Notes: a model not told the origin generated them from the letters alone. 64,000 nucleotides of DNA from an uncultured Alphaproteobacteria bacterium (GCA_944390915.1 CALXRS010000006.1:3013-67012), one strand, 5' to 3'; positions 49,733-58,974 are shown, counted from the stretch's first letter. Numbers and translations are program-made.

Positions 49733-50284
49733 ATGAACCTGGAAACGGAAAGGCTGGTTCTGCGGCCGTGGAGAGAAAGCGACGCCGCCGATTTATACGA
49801 ATATGCAAAAGACAGTCGCGTCGGGCCGATTGCCGGTTGGCCGCCGCACAAAAGCGTGGAAGAAAGCGCCGAAATTATCCGCACCGTTTTTGCCCAAGAT
49901 GGCGTTTTTGCCGTTACCCTGAAAGGGGAGGATCGGGCTGTCGGCTGCGTCGGACTGATTCGCGGCGCCAAAAGCAATTTTCCGATCAGCGATGACGAAG
50001 GCGAAATTTCTTACTGGATCGGTGTTCCCTTTTGGGGAAAGGGGCTTATTCCCGAAGCAGTCAGGGAAATAATCCGCTACGGGTTTGAAAAATGGCAACT
50101 GCATACCCTCTGGTGCGGCTATTTCGAAGGCAACGGACAATCCCGAAAAGTGCAGGAAAAATGCGGGTTTCGATATCATCATACGAACCGGGAAACTTTC
50201 TGCCCCTACATAAAAGAAACACGGACGGAGCATGTCTGCCGCCTGACCAAAAACGAATGGCAGAGCTTAAACGGAAAAATTTAA
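49733..50284 (+). CDS. GNAT-family N-acetyltransferase (RimJ/RimL-like)
   Basis: It starts MNLETERLVLRPW, typical of this subfamily. Alternative starts lie at 49715 and 49604. Confidence 0.7.
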   Translation: MNLETERLVLRPWRESDAADLYEYAKDSRVGPIAGWPPHKSVEESAEIIRTVFAQDGVFAVTLKGEDRAVGCVGLIRGAKSNFPISDDEGEISYWIGVPFWGKGLIPEAVREIIRYGFEKWQLHTLWCGYFEGNGQSRKVQEKCGFRYHHTNRETFCPYIKETRTEHVCRLTKNEWQSLNGKI

Positions 50285-50347
50285 GCGGTTGTTTGCGGCG
50301 GTCGGAAAACTCCTTTTTTGTTTGGCAAATCCCGCATTAGAACAAAA

Positions 50348-51055
50348 TTAATCAAATTCAGGCAGCCAATGAGGATTATTGCCGGCCTTAAAACACATTT
50401 CAATTTGTTCTTTGGTGTTTTTTTCTTCGGCAAGGTAGGGGAGTTCTTCAAGTGAAAAAAATCTGCTTTCCACGGTTTCCGTATTTTTTTTGAAACGGCC
50501 GCCTATGACTTCGCACAGAATAAAAAATTTGCAGACATTGTAAGCATAGGGAGGTTGATTGTGCCTGTTTCGGTCGTGAACGGCCAAAATTTTGATGGCT
50601 TTAACATCAAGTCCGGCTTCTTCTTTGACTTCTTTTTCCGTATTGGTTTTGATGGTCTGGTCAAAATCCACCCAGCCGCCGGGCAACGCCCATTTTCCAT
50701 CATTTTCCTTTACAAGCAAAATTTTATCATCTTCAAAAATAACGGCTCTGGTATCCAGTTTCGGGGTTTGAAAACCAACTTCGTTGCAAAACAGGTTTTT
50801 GACGGTTTGAATGGGAAGCCTGCTATGGCAGCTCATGATTTCCGCAGAAATTTCTCTTAATCTTTCAAAGCGTTCTTTATCAAAAACATCTTTGGTATAT
50901 GTCAGCCCGTTTTGGGCAATTGATTGAATTTCTTTGGCCCAATTAAGCCAGTTGTCGGAAGATTTCTGCATTTTTCCCTTCGGTTCGGATCTGTACTGTT
51001 CAATTGCCTTTAAAATAGTACATTTTGTGTGAATATCAATAAAATTGTTCATCAT
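50348..51055 (-). CDS. NUDIX hydrolase with an N-terminal helical extension
   Basis: 235 aa. The Nudix box is GGWVDFDQTIKTNTEKEVKEEAGL. Confidence 0.8.
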   Translation of the reverse strand: MMNNFIDIHTKCTILKAIEQYRSEPKGKMQKSSDNWLNWAKEIQSIAQNGLTYTKDVFDKERFERLREISAEIMSCHSRLPIQTVKNLFCNEVGFQTPKLDTRAVIFEDDKILLVKENDGKWALPGGWVDFDQTIKTNTEKEVKEEAGLDVKAIKILAVHDRNRHNQPPYAYNVCKFFILCEVIGGRFKKNTETVESRFFSLEELPYLAEEKNTKEQIEMCFKAGNNPHWLPEFD

Positions 51056-51648
51056 TTATTGTATCTTTTAAAGAAATGGAGAATTTTTCCAAAATTTCTT
51101 TTGGATTTTGAGTTATCGGCACCTTTGGAATAATATTCCATAAATCTGCCGCGGCCTCGTCAACGGTTTTATTATTTTCATACCAATCAGCAATTAAGTT
51201 TTGTTTTTCTTTTTTGTTCTTTATTATAATAATTTTATTATTAACCTTGCTTAAGAGTTTCTTAAATTTTTGATCTTTTCTATAAAATTTATAGTTTTTA
51301 CGTAATTCTGAGTATATTATTAAAAAAAATCATTACTTCGGCGGCTCGGGGTGCTAAAAGCTCTGTTTCAAGGGGGTGCATAAATTATATGGCGATATTT
51401 TGGGGCGAATACTACATGATATTTACAATTCCATATCGTGTGTGATGCGTCAGGAAGAACAGAGAATTGCAACATGCATAATTATAATTAAATTGTGATT
51501 TTTGTAACATATGTCGCTAGACTTTTCTAGGAAAATCATGGCTTTTTAATTAAATATTTTTTTGTCTAATATATAATATCATTGAAATTTTAAGTAACTA
51601 AAGCTATAAACATAAAATTTGCCTTTAATTTTAAGAAAGGATTATAAG

Positions 51649-52026
51649 ATGTCAAAATCTAAATTTAGTGAGCTTGCCACGGTTGAAGAAAAAGATGCCG
51701 CTAGTTTGGAAGCAAGTATTTTGGCTGAAATTGAATTGATTGCTCAAAAAAGACAAAAGAATGTTCCTGCAAACCAAGATTATTTTGAGGGAATGACTGG
51801 TTTTTGGAGTAAAAAGTTGGAAGAAGTTGCAGATAAAATGTCTGAAAATAAGTCTTTTAAAAGTAAAGTGATGTTTCAATTCCAAATGCGTCCTTTCGAT
51901 GATAAAGAACGAAAAGGTTTTATCAAAGGTATGGCTATGCAACGCTTTATAAATGATTATTCAAAAGAAAATCAAAGTACCTTAACCCAAAGATATGTTG
52001 CACAACAAATTTCTGCTACAAGATAA
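51649..52026 (+). CDS. orphan hypothetical protein in the AT-rich islet
   Basis: 125 aa. An AAGAAAGGA RBS lies 8 nt upstream and a strong terminator follows. I recognise no motif. Confidence 0.5.
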   Translation: MSKSKFSELATVEEKDAASLEASILAEIELIAQKRQKNVPANQDYFEGMTGFWSKKLEEVADKMSENKSFKSKVMFQFQMRPFDDKERKGFIKGMAMQRFINDYSKENQSTLTQRYVAQQISATR

Positions 52027-52059
52027 AATTTGAAACTAATTTTTGATTAGTATAAACAA

Positions 52060-52094
52060 ACACCCTTAACTAGAAAATAGTTAAGGGTGTTTTG
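52060..52094 (+). terminator. rho-independent terminator
   Basis: The 12-bp stem acacccttaact (52060-52071) pairs with agttaagggtgt (52079-52090), followed by TTT. Confidence 0.7.
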
Positions 52095-52261
52095 CTGGCG
52101 TGCGAGCGTACGGGTTCAGAAATTTTGAAAACGACCGCTTGCGCGTGCGGATTTTATGTGCTTAACTTATTTTAACTTCTGGGCTCTGATTATGATACTT
52201 TTTTACTCCCTGCCCCTAATTTTGACGATGAGCCTGACGATGAGCCGGGAATTTTTGCACA

Positions 52262-52297
52262 CAAAAAACCTTGGTTTGTCATAAACAAACCAAGGTT
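52262..52297 (-). terminator. rho-independent terminator downstream of tRNA-Val
   Basis: The 13-bp stem aaccttggtttgt (52267-52279) pairs with acaaaccaaggtt (52285-52297). A T-run follows on the minus strand. Confidence 0.65.
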
Positions 52298-52303
52298 AAT
52301 AAC

Positions 52304-52380
52304 TGGTGGGCGCTGAGAGATTCGAACTCCCGACCCTCTCGGTGTAAACGAGATGCTCTGACCAGCTGAGCTAAGCGCCC
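52304..52380 (-). tRNA. tRNA-Val (anticodon UAC)
   Basis: I folded the cloverleaf by hand. Acceptor GGGCGCT/AGCGCCC, D-arm GCTC/GAGC, anticodon arm TCTCG-TTTACAC-CGAGA, T-arm GGGAG-TTCGAAT-CTCTC, and an encoded CCA. Confidence 0.9.
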
Positions 52381-52635
52381 GCACCGTTCATGAAAATGCT
52401 TTATACACACAAAGCAAAAAATAATCAAGCAAAAAAATAGCGTCGGGCGAGTTTATTTTTTAAACTTTGCAAAGTTTTGCCGCTGCAACCTCCGCGGACG
52501 GCAAACGACAACGGTTTCGGCTGATTTTTTTTGCCTGACGAAAAACTCTGAAATACTCTTGTCAGCCGCAAGATTTTATTATATCGTCAACGGCATTGAT
52601 TTTTAGTGAATTTGCAGACAGAAAGGATTATAACG

Positions 52636-53187
52636 ATGCTGCATCCGTGGCATGGCGTCAGCGCCGGCAAAGAAAGACCGGAAATGATAAACGCCATTAT
52701 CGAAGTGCCGAAGGGCTCAAATGTTAAATATGAACTGGAAAAATTGAGCGGTCTGTTGAAAGTGGATCGCATCTTGTACAGCGCCGTGCATTATCCGGCA
52801 AATTACGGTTTTATCCCGCGCAGCTATTGCGGTGACAACGATCCGCTCGATATTCTGGTGTTGGGGCAGGAGCCGGTTTTGCCGCTGACGATTGTCCGCG
52901 CCCGCCCCATCGGGGTGATGAAAATGATTGACCAGGGCGAACCGGATGACAAAATCATCGCCGTCCATGTGGACGACCCGGAATATAATCACTATACCTC
53001 GATAGACGAACTGCCGCCGCATTGCCTGAAAACGCTGAAGCGTTTTTTTGAAGACTATAAGATACTTGAAAACAAAGAAGTGAGGATCGAAACGTTTTTA
53101 GGACCCGACGAAGCCCGACAGACCGTGCGCGAAGCCTTAAAACTTTACGAAGACTGCAAGGAAACTTTGCCCGGTTACGGCGGGTAG
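52636..53187 (+). CDS. ppa: inorganic pyrophosphatase (family I)
   Basis: 183 aa from the ATG at 52636 after GAAAGGA. Motifs are DNDPLDILV and DDKIIAV. Confidence 0.9.
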   Translation: MLHPWHGVSAGKERPEMINAIIEVPKGSNVKYELEKLSGLLKVDRILYSAVHYPANYGFIPRSYCGDNDPLDILVLGQEPVLPLTIVRARPIGVMKMIDQGEPDDKIIAVHVDDPEYNHYTSIDELPPHCLKTLKRFFEDYKILENKEVRIETFLGPDEARQTVREALKLYEDCKETLPGYGG

Positions 53188-53203
53188 ATTGATCGGAAAG
53201 TAA

Positions 53204-53235
53204 AAAAACCTCCGTTTTGTAAAACGGAGGTTTTT
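53204..53235. terminator. bidirectional rho-independent terminator
   Basis: aaaaacctccgtttt (53204-53218) pairs with aaaacggaggttttt (53221-53235) around a 2-nt loop. Confidence 0.75.
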
Positions 53236-53251
53236 CATGCTTTCGGGGCGG

Positions 53252-54064
53252 TTATTTTGAACTGAAATATTTTCGGTTAAAGCTTTTTTCAAGCTGTATC
53301 ATCCAGTTGTGGATGCTGCCGAACTTTTTTTCATATTTGTATTCAAAGGCGTAGTTGCGTATAACCGCCTGTTTCCAAATATGCCGGTTGCCCGATTTTT
53401 TGATAATGCGGCTGGCCTCATAACTCAACGAGTATAAGAAGACCAGTTGCCACGTCAACACACTGTCACCGCGATAGATGATGGCGCATTCGGCTTCGGC
53501 CGTTTGCGGGCGAAAAGTTCGCAGATAGGCAAAAATAAGCTCTATCGGCGCCGTCTGAAAAAAGAGGACTTCCGCTTTCGGACGCAGTCTGCGACTGTAA
53601 GCGCAAACTTTTTGCCAATCTTTGGAAGCAATAAGGGCAAACTCGTCATCTTCTTCCAGCCTTTGGGGATAAACGGCGCCTCCGGCAAGCAGCAGATGGG
53701 AGATGATGCCATATTCCTTATCGCTGGCAAAAGACTTCGGCGAACGTATCAAAAGATGATCCATCCAATTGCAAAAAATTTGTTTTTCCTGTTCGTCGGA
53801 AAGTTCAACGCGTTGGATAATTCCTTCTTTTTTCAGTTGTTCGCAAATGCAGTAGTGCCAAGCTTCGGGATGCACTTTTTCCTGCAACAGAATCCACTTC
53901 TTGTCGCCGGCAACTAATTGCCTTTGACCGCCCAGCGTGCGAATGCCGTGGCAGCAGATATAATAAAAGCATTCCTGCTCGTTGTCTGCCAGCAGCATTT
54001 CTTTTTCTTCTTCTTCATTTTTGATAAACACAGGGTGTTTACCGCGAATAACAACTTTGCTCAT
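53252..54064 (-). CDS. orphan hypothetical protein
   Basis: 270 aa with no signal peptide. The Cys/His-rich N-terminal part is CFYYICCHG...WHYCICEQ. I recognise no family. Confidence 0.5.
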   Translation of the reverse strand: MSKVVIRGKHPVFIKNEEEEKEMLLADNEQECFYYICCHGIRTLGGQRQLVAGDKKWILLQEKVHPEAWHYCICEQLKKEGIIQRVELSDEQEKQIFCNWMDHLLIRSPKSFASDKEYGIISHLLLAGGAVYPQRLEEDDEFALIASKDWQKVCAYSRRLRPKAEVLFFQTAPIELIFAYLRTFRPQTAEAECAIIYRGDSVLTWQLVFLYSLSYEASRIIKKSGNRHIWKQAVIRNYAFEYKYEKKFGSIHNWMIQLEKSFNRKYFSSK

Positions 54065-54170
54065 GACTTTTTATTTTAGATTAGAATAATATATGAATAG
54101 TTTCAGTTAACATTTTTATCACAACATATTTTGGAAATTTTGTCAACAAAAAACGCGCTGTCACAGCAAC

Positions 54171-54197
54171 AAAAAAGCTCCCGATTTTAGCGGGAGC
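54171..54197 (-). terminator. rho-independent terminator after the interrupted ORF
   Basis: gctcccg (54177-54183) pairs with cgggagc (54191-54197). A T6 run follows on the minus strand. Confidence 0.6.
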
Positions 54198-54238
54198 AGG
54201 GAGGATATCTCGGTTGACGCCGATCTTTCGTCTGAACG

Positions 54239-55033
54239 CTAACCATTTGCATAAGCGCGTTTTTTCTTCATATCGAGCAGCTGTTCCAGAGTGAGATTGG
54301 CGCCGGATTGTTGTTGACCGGATTGTTGCCGCGGTTCGGGGTTATGATTGTTTCTCTGGCGGAGCCGTTTCAGCATATCGGCGGTGTTTAATTTTTTGTT
54401 GCGCTGCCGTTCTTCCGGAGTGCGTCCCATAACTTCGTCGGGAATTTTGCGGGTTATTCTTTCCCAGTCGTTTAGCGAGTGTTTGTCGTCTTTCAGATAT
54501 TCGGCTTTCAGATCTTGCCAGAACTGTTGGTCTTTCGGCCAACCGCCCGTGATGGTAATATCATGTTTCAGCAGGGCGTTTCTCGAAAATATTTTTTTAT
54601 TTTCCTCATTGTTGCCATGATAAGCGATGGTTGCTTCTTCGCCCTGATCCCGACAATTTTTGGCCAGGTTTTCGCAAACTTTATCGTTTATTTCTTCAAA
54701 GTTTTTTCCTTCAAAAACGGTGCCGTCCGAACCATGGGCAATAAATTTTCCATCTTTTTGCTAAAGGTTGAATGATTTGTCCTGGCCGTTGTCCATTTTT
54801 TCTTTGTTATCGTCTTTGGGTTTGACAAATTTAGCGTCGTTAAAGTTTGCCAGACTTCCGGTTGCCTCCGCATATGCCGTTGCGGCGGCACGATAGCCGT
54901 TTTCGTCAAATTTGTCGCCGTAGAGTCTTTTTTGTTCGGCAATTTTGTTTTCTATTTCCGCAGCCAGAGAGTCGGCTTCCGGTCGTTGTGCAGCTCCCGT
55001 TGCGCCGTCCTGTTTGTTTTCTTCGTTGTCCAT
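54239..55033 (-). pseudogene. 265-codon hypothetical ORF interrupted by one in-frame TAG (54761-54763)
   Basis: From ATG 55033 (RBS GGAAAGGG) there are 90 codons, then TAG, then 173 further sense codons in the same frame to the TAG at 54239. I checked the frame triplet by triplet. The downstream part has no in-frame start before M at 54430. Confidence 0.5.
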
Positions 55034-55154
55034 TTTTTTCCCTTTCCGGATAAAACTAAAAAAACGATAAACACAGATATTATATATTTTTTTATCCGTC
55101 AATCGGAACGGCGAGATATTTAATTTTCGGTCGTCCGGCATCTGTCGAAGGCGA

Positions 55155-55215
55155 AAAAAGAACAAAAAAACGCCCGCTTTTCGGGGAAAGCTGGCGTGCT
55201 CCCCGAAAAACGGGC
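55155..55215 (-). terminator. rho-independent terminator after the GNAT gene
   Basis: gcccgcttttcgggg (55172-55186) pairs with ccccgaaaaacgggc (55201-55215) with one mismatch. A long T-run follows on the minus strand. Confidence 0.6.
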
Positions 55216-55235
55216 AAAAACATCGACCTGCCGGG

Positions 55236-55772
55236 TTATTCCGCCGGCAGCAGGTTGGCGGCTTCGTCTTCTTCCGCAAATTTGTAGGAATAGATGTAAC
55301 AGTCGTCGCCGTCACCGTAATATTCTTTTAAGACGGCTTCCAGCCGAAATCCGCAGGATTCGTAAAACTTCCTTGTCGGCAGATATTGTTCGGTTCCCTC
55401 TGTCTTGACAAAGATTTTTTTGCCGCCGAGTTCGCGCACGGTCAAAAGCAGGCGCTCGATCATTCTGCGCCCGATGCCGTGTCCGCGATAGCTGCTTAAG
55501 GTGGAAATCAGGTACAATTCATAGGCCGAATCGCAGTCTCGGATTTTACCGAAGCAGGCATAACCGACCGTCTTGCCGTTGTCTTCGGCAAGCAGAAAAG
55601 AAGGTTCTTCGATGTTGTCGTTGGCGTGGCTGCGTTCCTGTCGGCTCAAAGCGTTGTGCGCCAGGTTTACGCTGATTTCGACGTCCGTTGCGTCAAAAAA
55701 GCCCGTCGAAGCGGAAATCTTACGGATTTGTTCGGGGTCGTCCGGTTCAAGTCTGTATCTGAAAGAAAGCAT
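55236..55772 (-). CDS. GNAT-family N-acetyltransferase
   Basis: 178 aa from the ATG at 55772 after AAGGAG. The acetyl-CoA motif is RGHGIGRRMIERL. Confidence 0.8.
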   Translation of the reverse strand: MLSFRYRLEPDDPEQIRKISASTGFFDATDVEISVNLAHNALSRQERSHANDNIEEPSFLLAEDNGKTVGYACFGKIRDCDSAYELYLISTLSSYRGHGIGRRMIERLLLTVRELGGKKIFVKTEGTEQYLPTRKFYESCGFRLEAVLKEYYGDGDDCYIYSYKFAEEDEAANLLPAE

Positions 55773-55989
55773 GACTACACTCCTTTCAGAACCGATAAGC
55801 CCTCGCAAAAAATAAAAAGTTGACAATCAATGTTTTTTCCCCGCAAAGGATTGTCCGGGGAATGTTTTTTGCTTTGCACCGCAAAGGGTGTTACTGCGTA
55901 CATAAAAACTCCATACTTGTTAATCCGGTTGCAAAAACCGCTTTCAAAACGGCTTTTGCAACTTTATTATACCACCTGTCGCCTTTCGT

Positions 55990-56100
55990 GGCAATATAAA
56001 AAACGTTGAGGATACAAAGGGAATAAGTCGCCGGTTGTTGTTGACGAAACGCCGAAAGCAGGATATAACAGCCCGGTAACAACGGCTTTTTTACGGGGAA
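55990..56100 (+). promoter_or_regulatory. TerC leader; weak candidate yybP-ykoY (Mn2+) riboswitch-like element
   Basis: AAAGGGAAUAAG and UUGUUGAC resemble the conserved GGGGAGUAG and UUGACA loops of yybP-ykoY. TerC is a canonical downstream gene for that riboswitch. I could not find the closing P1 pairing. Confidence 0.2.
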
Positions 56101-56110
56101 ATTGAAAATT

Positions 56111-57103
56111 ATGGAAAAATTGAAGGATCTGTTTACCAACCACTATATTATCCCGCAGGAGTGGTTGTGGGGTATTTTCGGCATTGTCGTGCTGGTGCTT
56201 CTGTTCTTTGATCTGTTTTGGTTCAACCGCAAGAACGAAGTGCCGAATTTCACCCATACGCTTGCCTTGTGCATAATCTATATTTTGGCGGCCTGCGTTT
56301 TCGGGGTGTTCATTATCTATGAAGAAGGTCTCGACAAGGGCATGGACTTTTTCACCGGCTTTTTGGTGGAAAAAAGTCTTTCGCTTGACAATATTTTTAT
56401 CATGTCGCTTATTTTTTCGAGCCTCGGTGTGCCGCGCATGTATCAGCACCGGGTGTTGTTCTGGGGCATTCTCGGGGCGATTGTCATGCGTGCGCTGCTC
56501 ATTTTGGTGGGCGAAACGCTGATTGCCAACTTCCACTGGATACTTTATGTCTTTTCCGTCTTTCTGGTTTATACCGGCGTTAAGATGCTGCTGCACAAAG
56601 GCGAGGAAGAACCCGCTTTTGAAGAAAGCCGGATGTTCAAATTCTTTTCCAAAATATTCCATGTGACGGGCAAAATCCACGGCGAGCACTTCTTTATCAA
56701 GGAAAACGGCAAGCACTATGTCACGCCGCTGTTTTTTGCGCTGATAACGATTGAAACCATGGATATTATTTTTGCGCTGGACAGCATTCCGGCCATTTTC
56801 CTCATCACTCAGGATGTGTTTATTGTCTACACGAGCAATATTTTTGCCATTTTGGGTTTGCGGGCGCTCTATTTCCTGCTGGAAGCGATTGTTCACAAAT
56901 TCAAATATCTGAAGCCGGCGTTGTCCATCATTCTGATATTTATCGGCCTGAAGATATTTGCTCCGAAAGTTTTCGGTTTCGAGCTGGAAGCCTGGCATTC
57001 CCTGACGGTCACTTTCGGTCTGCTGTTTGCCGGTATCGGCTTTTCGTTGTGGAAAGCGGACGACGGCAAAAAGATTGCCGCCGAAGAAAAAAAAGAGGCC
57101 TGA
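56111..57103 (+). CDS. TerC-family integral membrane protein
   Basis: ~330 aa and polytopic, with TerC-like segments FLVEKSLSLDNIF and ALDSIPAIF. An alternative TTG start lies at 56102. Confidence 0.85.
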   Translation: MEKLKDLFTNHYIIPQEWLWGIFGIVVLVLLFFDLFWFNRKNEVPNFTHTLALCIIYILAACVFGVFIIYEEGLDKGMDFFTGFLVEKSLSLDNIFIMSLIFSSLGVPRMYQHRVLFWGILGAIVMRALLILVGETLIANFHWILYVFSVFLVYTGVKMLLHKGEEEPAFEESRMFKFFSKIFHVTGKIHGEHFFIKENGKHYVTPLFFALITIETMDIIFALDSIPAIFLITQDVFIVYTSNIFAILGLRALYFLLEAIVHKFKYLKPALSIILIFIGLKIFAPKVFGFELEAWHSLTVTFGLLFAGIGFSLWKADDGKKIAAEEKKEA

Positions 57104-57242
57104 AATACCGGTTTGCCTGATGCTTAATGCAACCGTTGCGCCTCGTCGATTAAACAAAATTACCGGCGGCGGTTGTCATTGAGCAAACGGTTCCCAAATT
57201 ATTATGTTATAAGATCCGATATCATACAAAGGAGAAAATTTT

Positions 57243-57494
57243 ATGGAAACCAAAGTTGCCGTTATTGCCATTGTGGTCGAAAACCGAGATTCGGTCGAAC
57301 GTCTGAACGAAATTTTGCACGATTACGCCGATGTCATCATCGGACGGCTGGGGCTTCCCTACCGTGCCCGCAACATTAATATCATCAGCGTGGTGGTAGA
57401 CGCGCCGCACGATACCATCAGCGCGCTGTCGGGCAAAATCGGCAGCCTGCCGGGCGTTAGTGCCAAAACCGCTTATTCCGGTGCCGGCGAATAG
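57243..57494 (+). CDS. TM1266-family putative iron-only hydrogenase system regulator (ACT-like)
   Basis: 83 aa with an AAGGAG RBS. It lies immediately upstream of hydG. The sequence pattern is AIVVENRDSVERLNEILH...ISVVVDAP. Confidence 0.65.
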   Translation: METKVAVIAIVVENRDSVERLNEILHDYADVIIGRLGLPYRARNINIISVVVDAPHDTISALSGKIGSLPGVSAKTAYSGAGE

Positions 57495-57555
57495 TTTTTT
57501 TATGTAACAACAGCTGACGGGGAAGATGATTCTGACCCGTAAGGAAAGAGGAAAA

Positions 57556-58974
57556 ATGTATAACCCGAAATCGTTGAAGGCTGAGGAATTTATCAGCCAT
57601 GAGGAAATTTTGGCCACGCTGGATTATGCCGAAGCCAATAAAAACAATGTAGCCCTGATTGATGAAATCATTGCCAAAGCAAAGGAAAGAAAAGGATTGT
57701 CCCACCGCGAGGCGTCGGTTTTGCTGGCCTGCGAAAGAGACGACAAAAATGCGGAAATTTATGCTCTGGCCGAGCAGATAAAAAAAGATTTTTACGGCAA
57801 CCGCATTGTGCTGTTTGCGCCGCTTTATCTTTCCAACTATTGCGTCAACGGCTGCGTCTATTGCCCGTATCATGCCAAAAACAGGCATATCGCCCGCAAA
57901 AAAATGACGCAGGAAGAAGTGCGGCGCGAAGTTGTCGCTCTGCAGGATATGGGGCACAAGCGGCTGGCGATAGAGGCCGGCGAAGATCCGGTCAACAATC
58001 CGATAGAATATATTCTGGAGTGCATCAACACCATCTATTCCATCAAACACAAAAACGGCGCCATCCGGCGGGTGAACGTCAATATTGCCGCTACCACCGT
58101 GGAAAATTATCGCAAGCTGCACGAAGCCGGCATCGGCACTTATATTTTGTTTCAGGAAACTTATCATAAGGAAAGCTACGAAACATTGCATCCGACCGGG
58201 CCGAAACATGATTATACCTACCATACGGAAGCCATGGACAGGGCAATGGAAGGCGGCATTGACGACGTCGGCCTGGGGGTTTTGTTCGGGCTTGAGCGCT
58301 ACAAATATGAGTTTGCCGGTCTGTTGATGCATGCCGAGCATTTGGAAGCCGTGCACGGAGTAGGGCCGCATACCATCAGCGTGCCGCGCATCCGCAGCGC
58401 CGACGACATCGATCCGTCTTCTTTTGTCAACGGCATCAACGATGACACTTTTGCCAAAATCGTTGCCTGCATCCGCATAGCCGTGCCCTATACCGGTATG
58501 ATTGTTTCTACCCGCGAAAGTCAGGCTTGCCGTGAGCGGGTTTTGCATTTGGGAATTTCGCAGATAAGCGGCGGCTCCAAAACAAGCGTCGGCGGCTACG
58601 CCGAGCCCGAACCGGCGGAGGAAAATTCCGCGCAGTTTGATTTGAGCGACACCCGCACCTTAGACGAAGTTATCCGCTGGCTCATGGAGATGGGCTATAT
58701 TCCGAGCTTTTGCACCGCCTGCTACCGCGAAGGCCGCACCGGCGACCGTTTTATGGAACTCTGCAAGAGCAAACAGATACAAAACTGCTGCCATCCGAAT
58801 GCGCTGATGACCCTGAAGGAATATCTGACGGATTATGCTTCGCCGGAAACCAGAAAACTGGGGCTGGAACTGATAAAAAAAGAGCTGAACAACATTCCCA
58901 AAGAACAGGTGCGGAAAGTGGTTGTCGAGCGGCTGGAAAAAATTGAGCACGGTGACCGCGATTTTCGTTTTTAA
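57556..58974 (+). CDS. hydG: [FeFe]-hydrogenase maturase HydG (radical SAM)
   Basis: 472 aa from the ATG at 57556. It has the radical-SAM motif CVNGCVYCPY and the C-terminal cluster motif CTACYREGRTGDRFMELC...CCHPN. Confidence 0.85.
   Translation: MYNPKSLKAEEFISHEEILATLDYAEANKNNVALIDEIIAKAKERKGLSHREASVLLACERDDKNAEIYALAEQIKKDFYGNRIVLFAPLYLSNYCVNGCVYCPYHAKNRHIARKKMTQEEVRREVVALQDMGHKRLAIEAGEDPVNNPIEYILECINTIYSIKHKNGAIRRVNVNIAATTVENYRKLHEAGIGTYILFQETYHKESYETLHPTGPKHDYTYHTEAMDRAMEGGIDDVGLGVLFGLERYKYEFAGLLMHAEHLEAVHGVGPHTISVPRIRSADDIDPSSFVNGINDDTFAKIVACIRIAVPYTGMIVSTRESQACRERVLHLGISQISGGSKTSVGGYAEPEPAEENSAQFDLSDTRTLDEVIRWLMEMGYIPSFCTACYREGRTGDRFMELCKSKQIQNCCHPNALMTLKEYLTDYASPETRKLGLELIKKELNNIPKEQVRKVVVERLEKIEHGDRDFRF

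Noticed and set aside
51040-51293. 84-codon open frame on the minus strand upstream of and overlapping the NUDIX gene start
   Set aside because: An open frame of this length is notable in such AT-rich DNA. However, the only in-frame starts (GTG and TTG) lie near the 3' end and would give peptides under 30 aa. I did not annotate it as a CDS; it may be a gene remnant.
50300-52304. Intact integrative mobile element at tRNA-Val
   Set aside because: I could not see an integrase, excisionase or transposase gene, or a direct repeat of the tRNA 3' end. I report it only as an AT-rich islet.
52190-52384. 64-aa minus-strand ORF
   Set aside because: It overlaps the tRNA-Val gene and its terminator, so it is not coding.
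55967-57157. 396-aa minus-strand ORF opposite the TerC-family gene
   Set aside because: It is an antisense shadow ORF with no motifs. The TerC strand gives a coherent polytopic membrane protein.
57457-58548. 363-aa minus-strand ORF opposite hydG
   Set aside because: It is an antisense shadow ORF. The plus strand encodes an unmistakable radical-SAM HydG.
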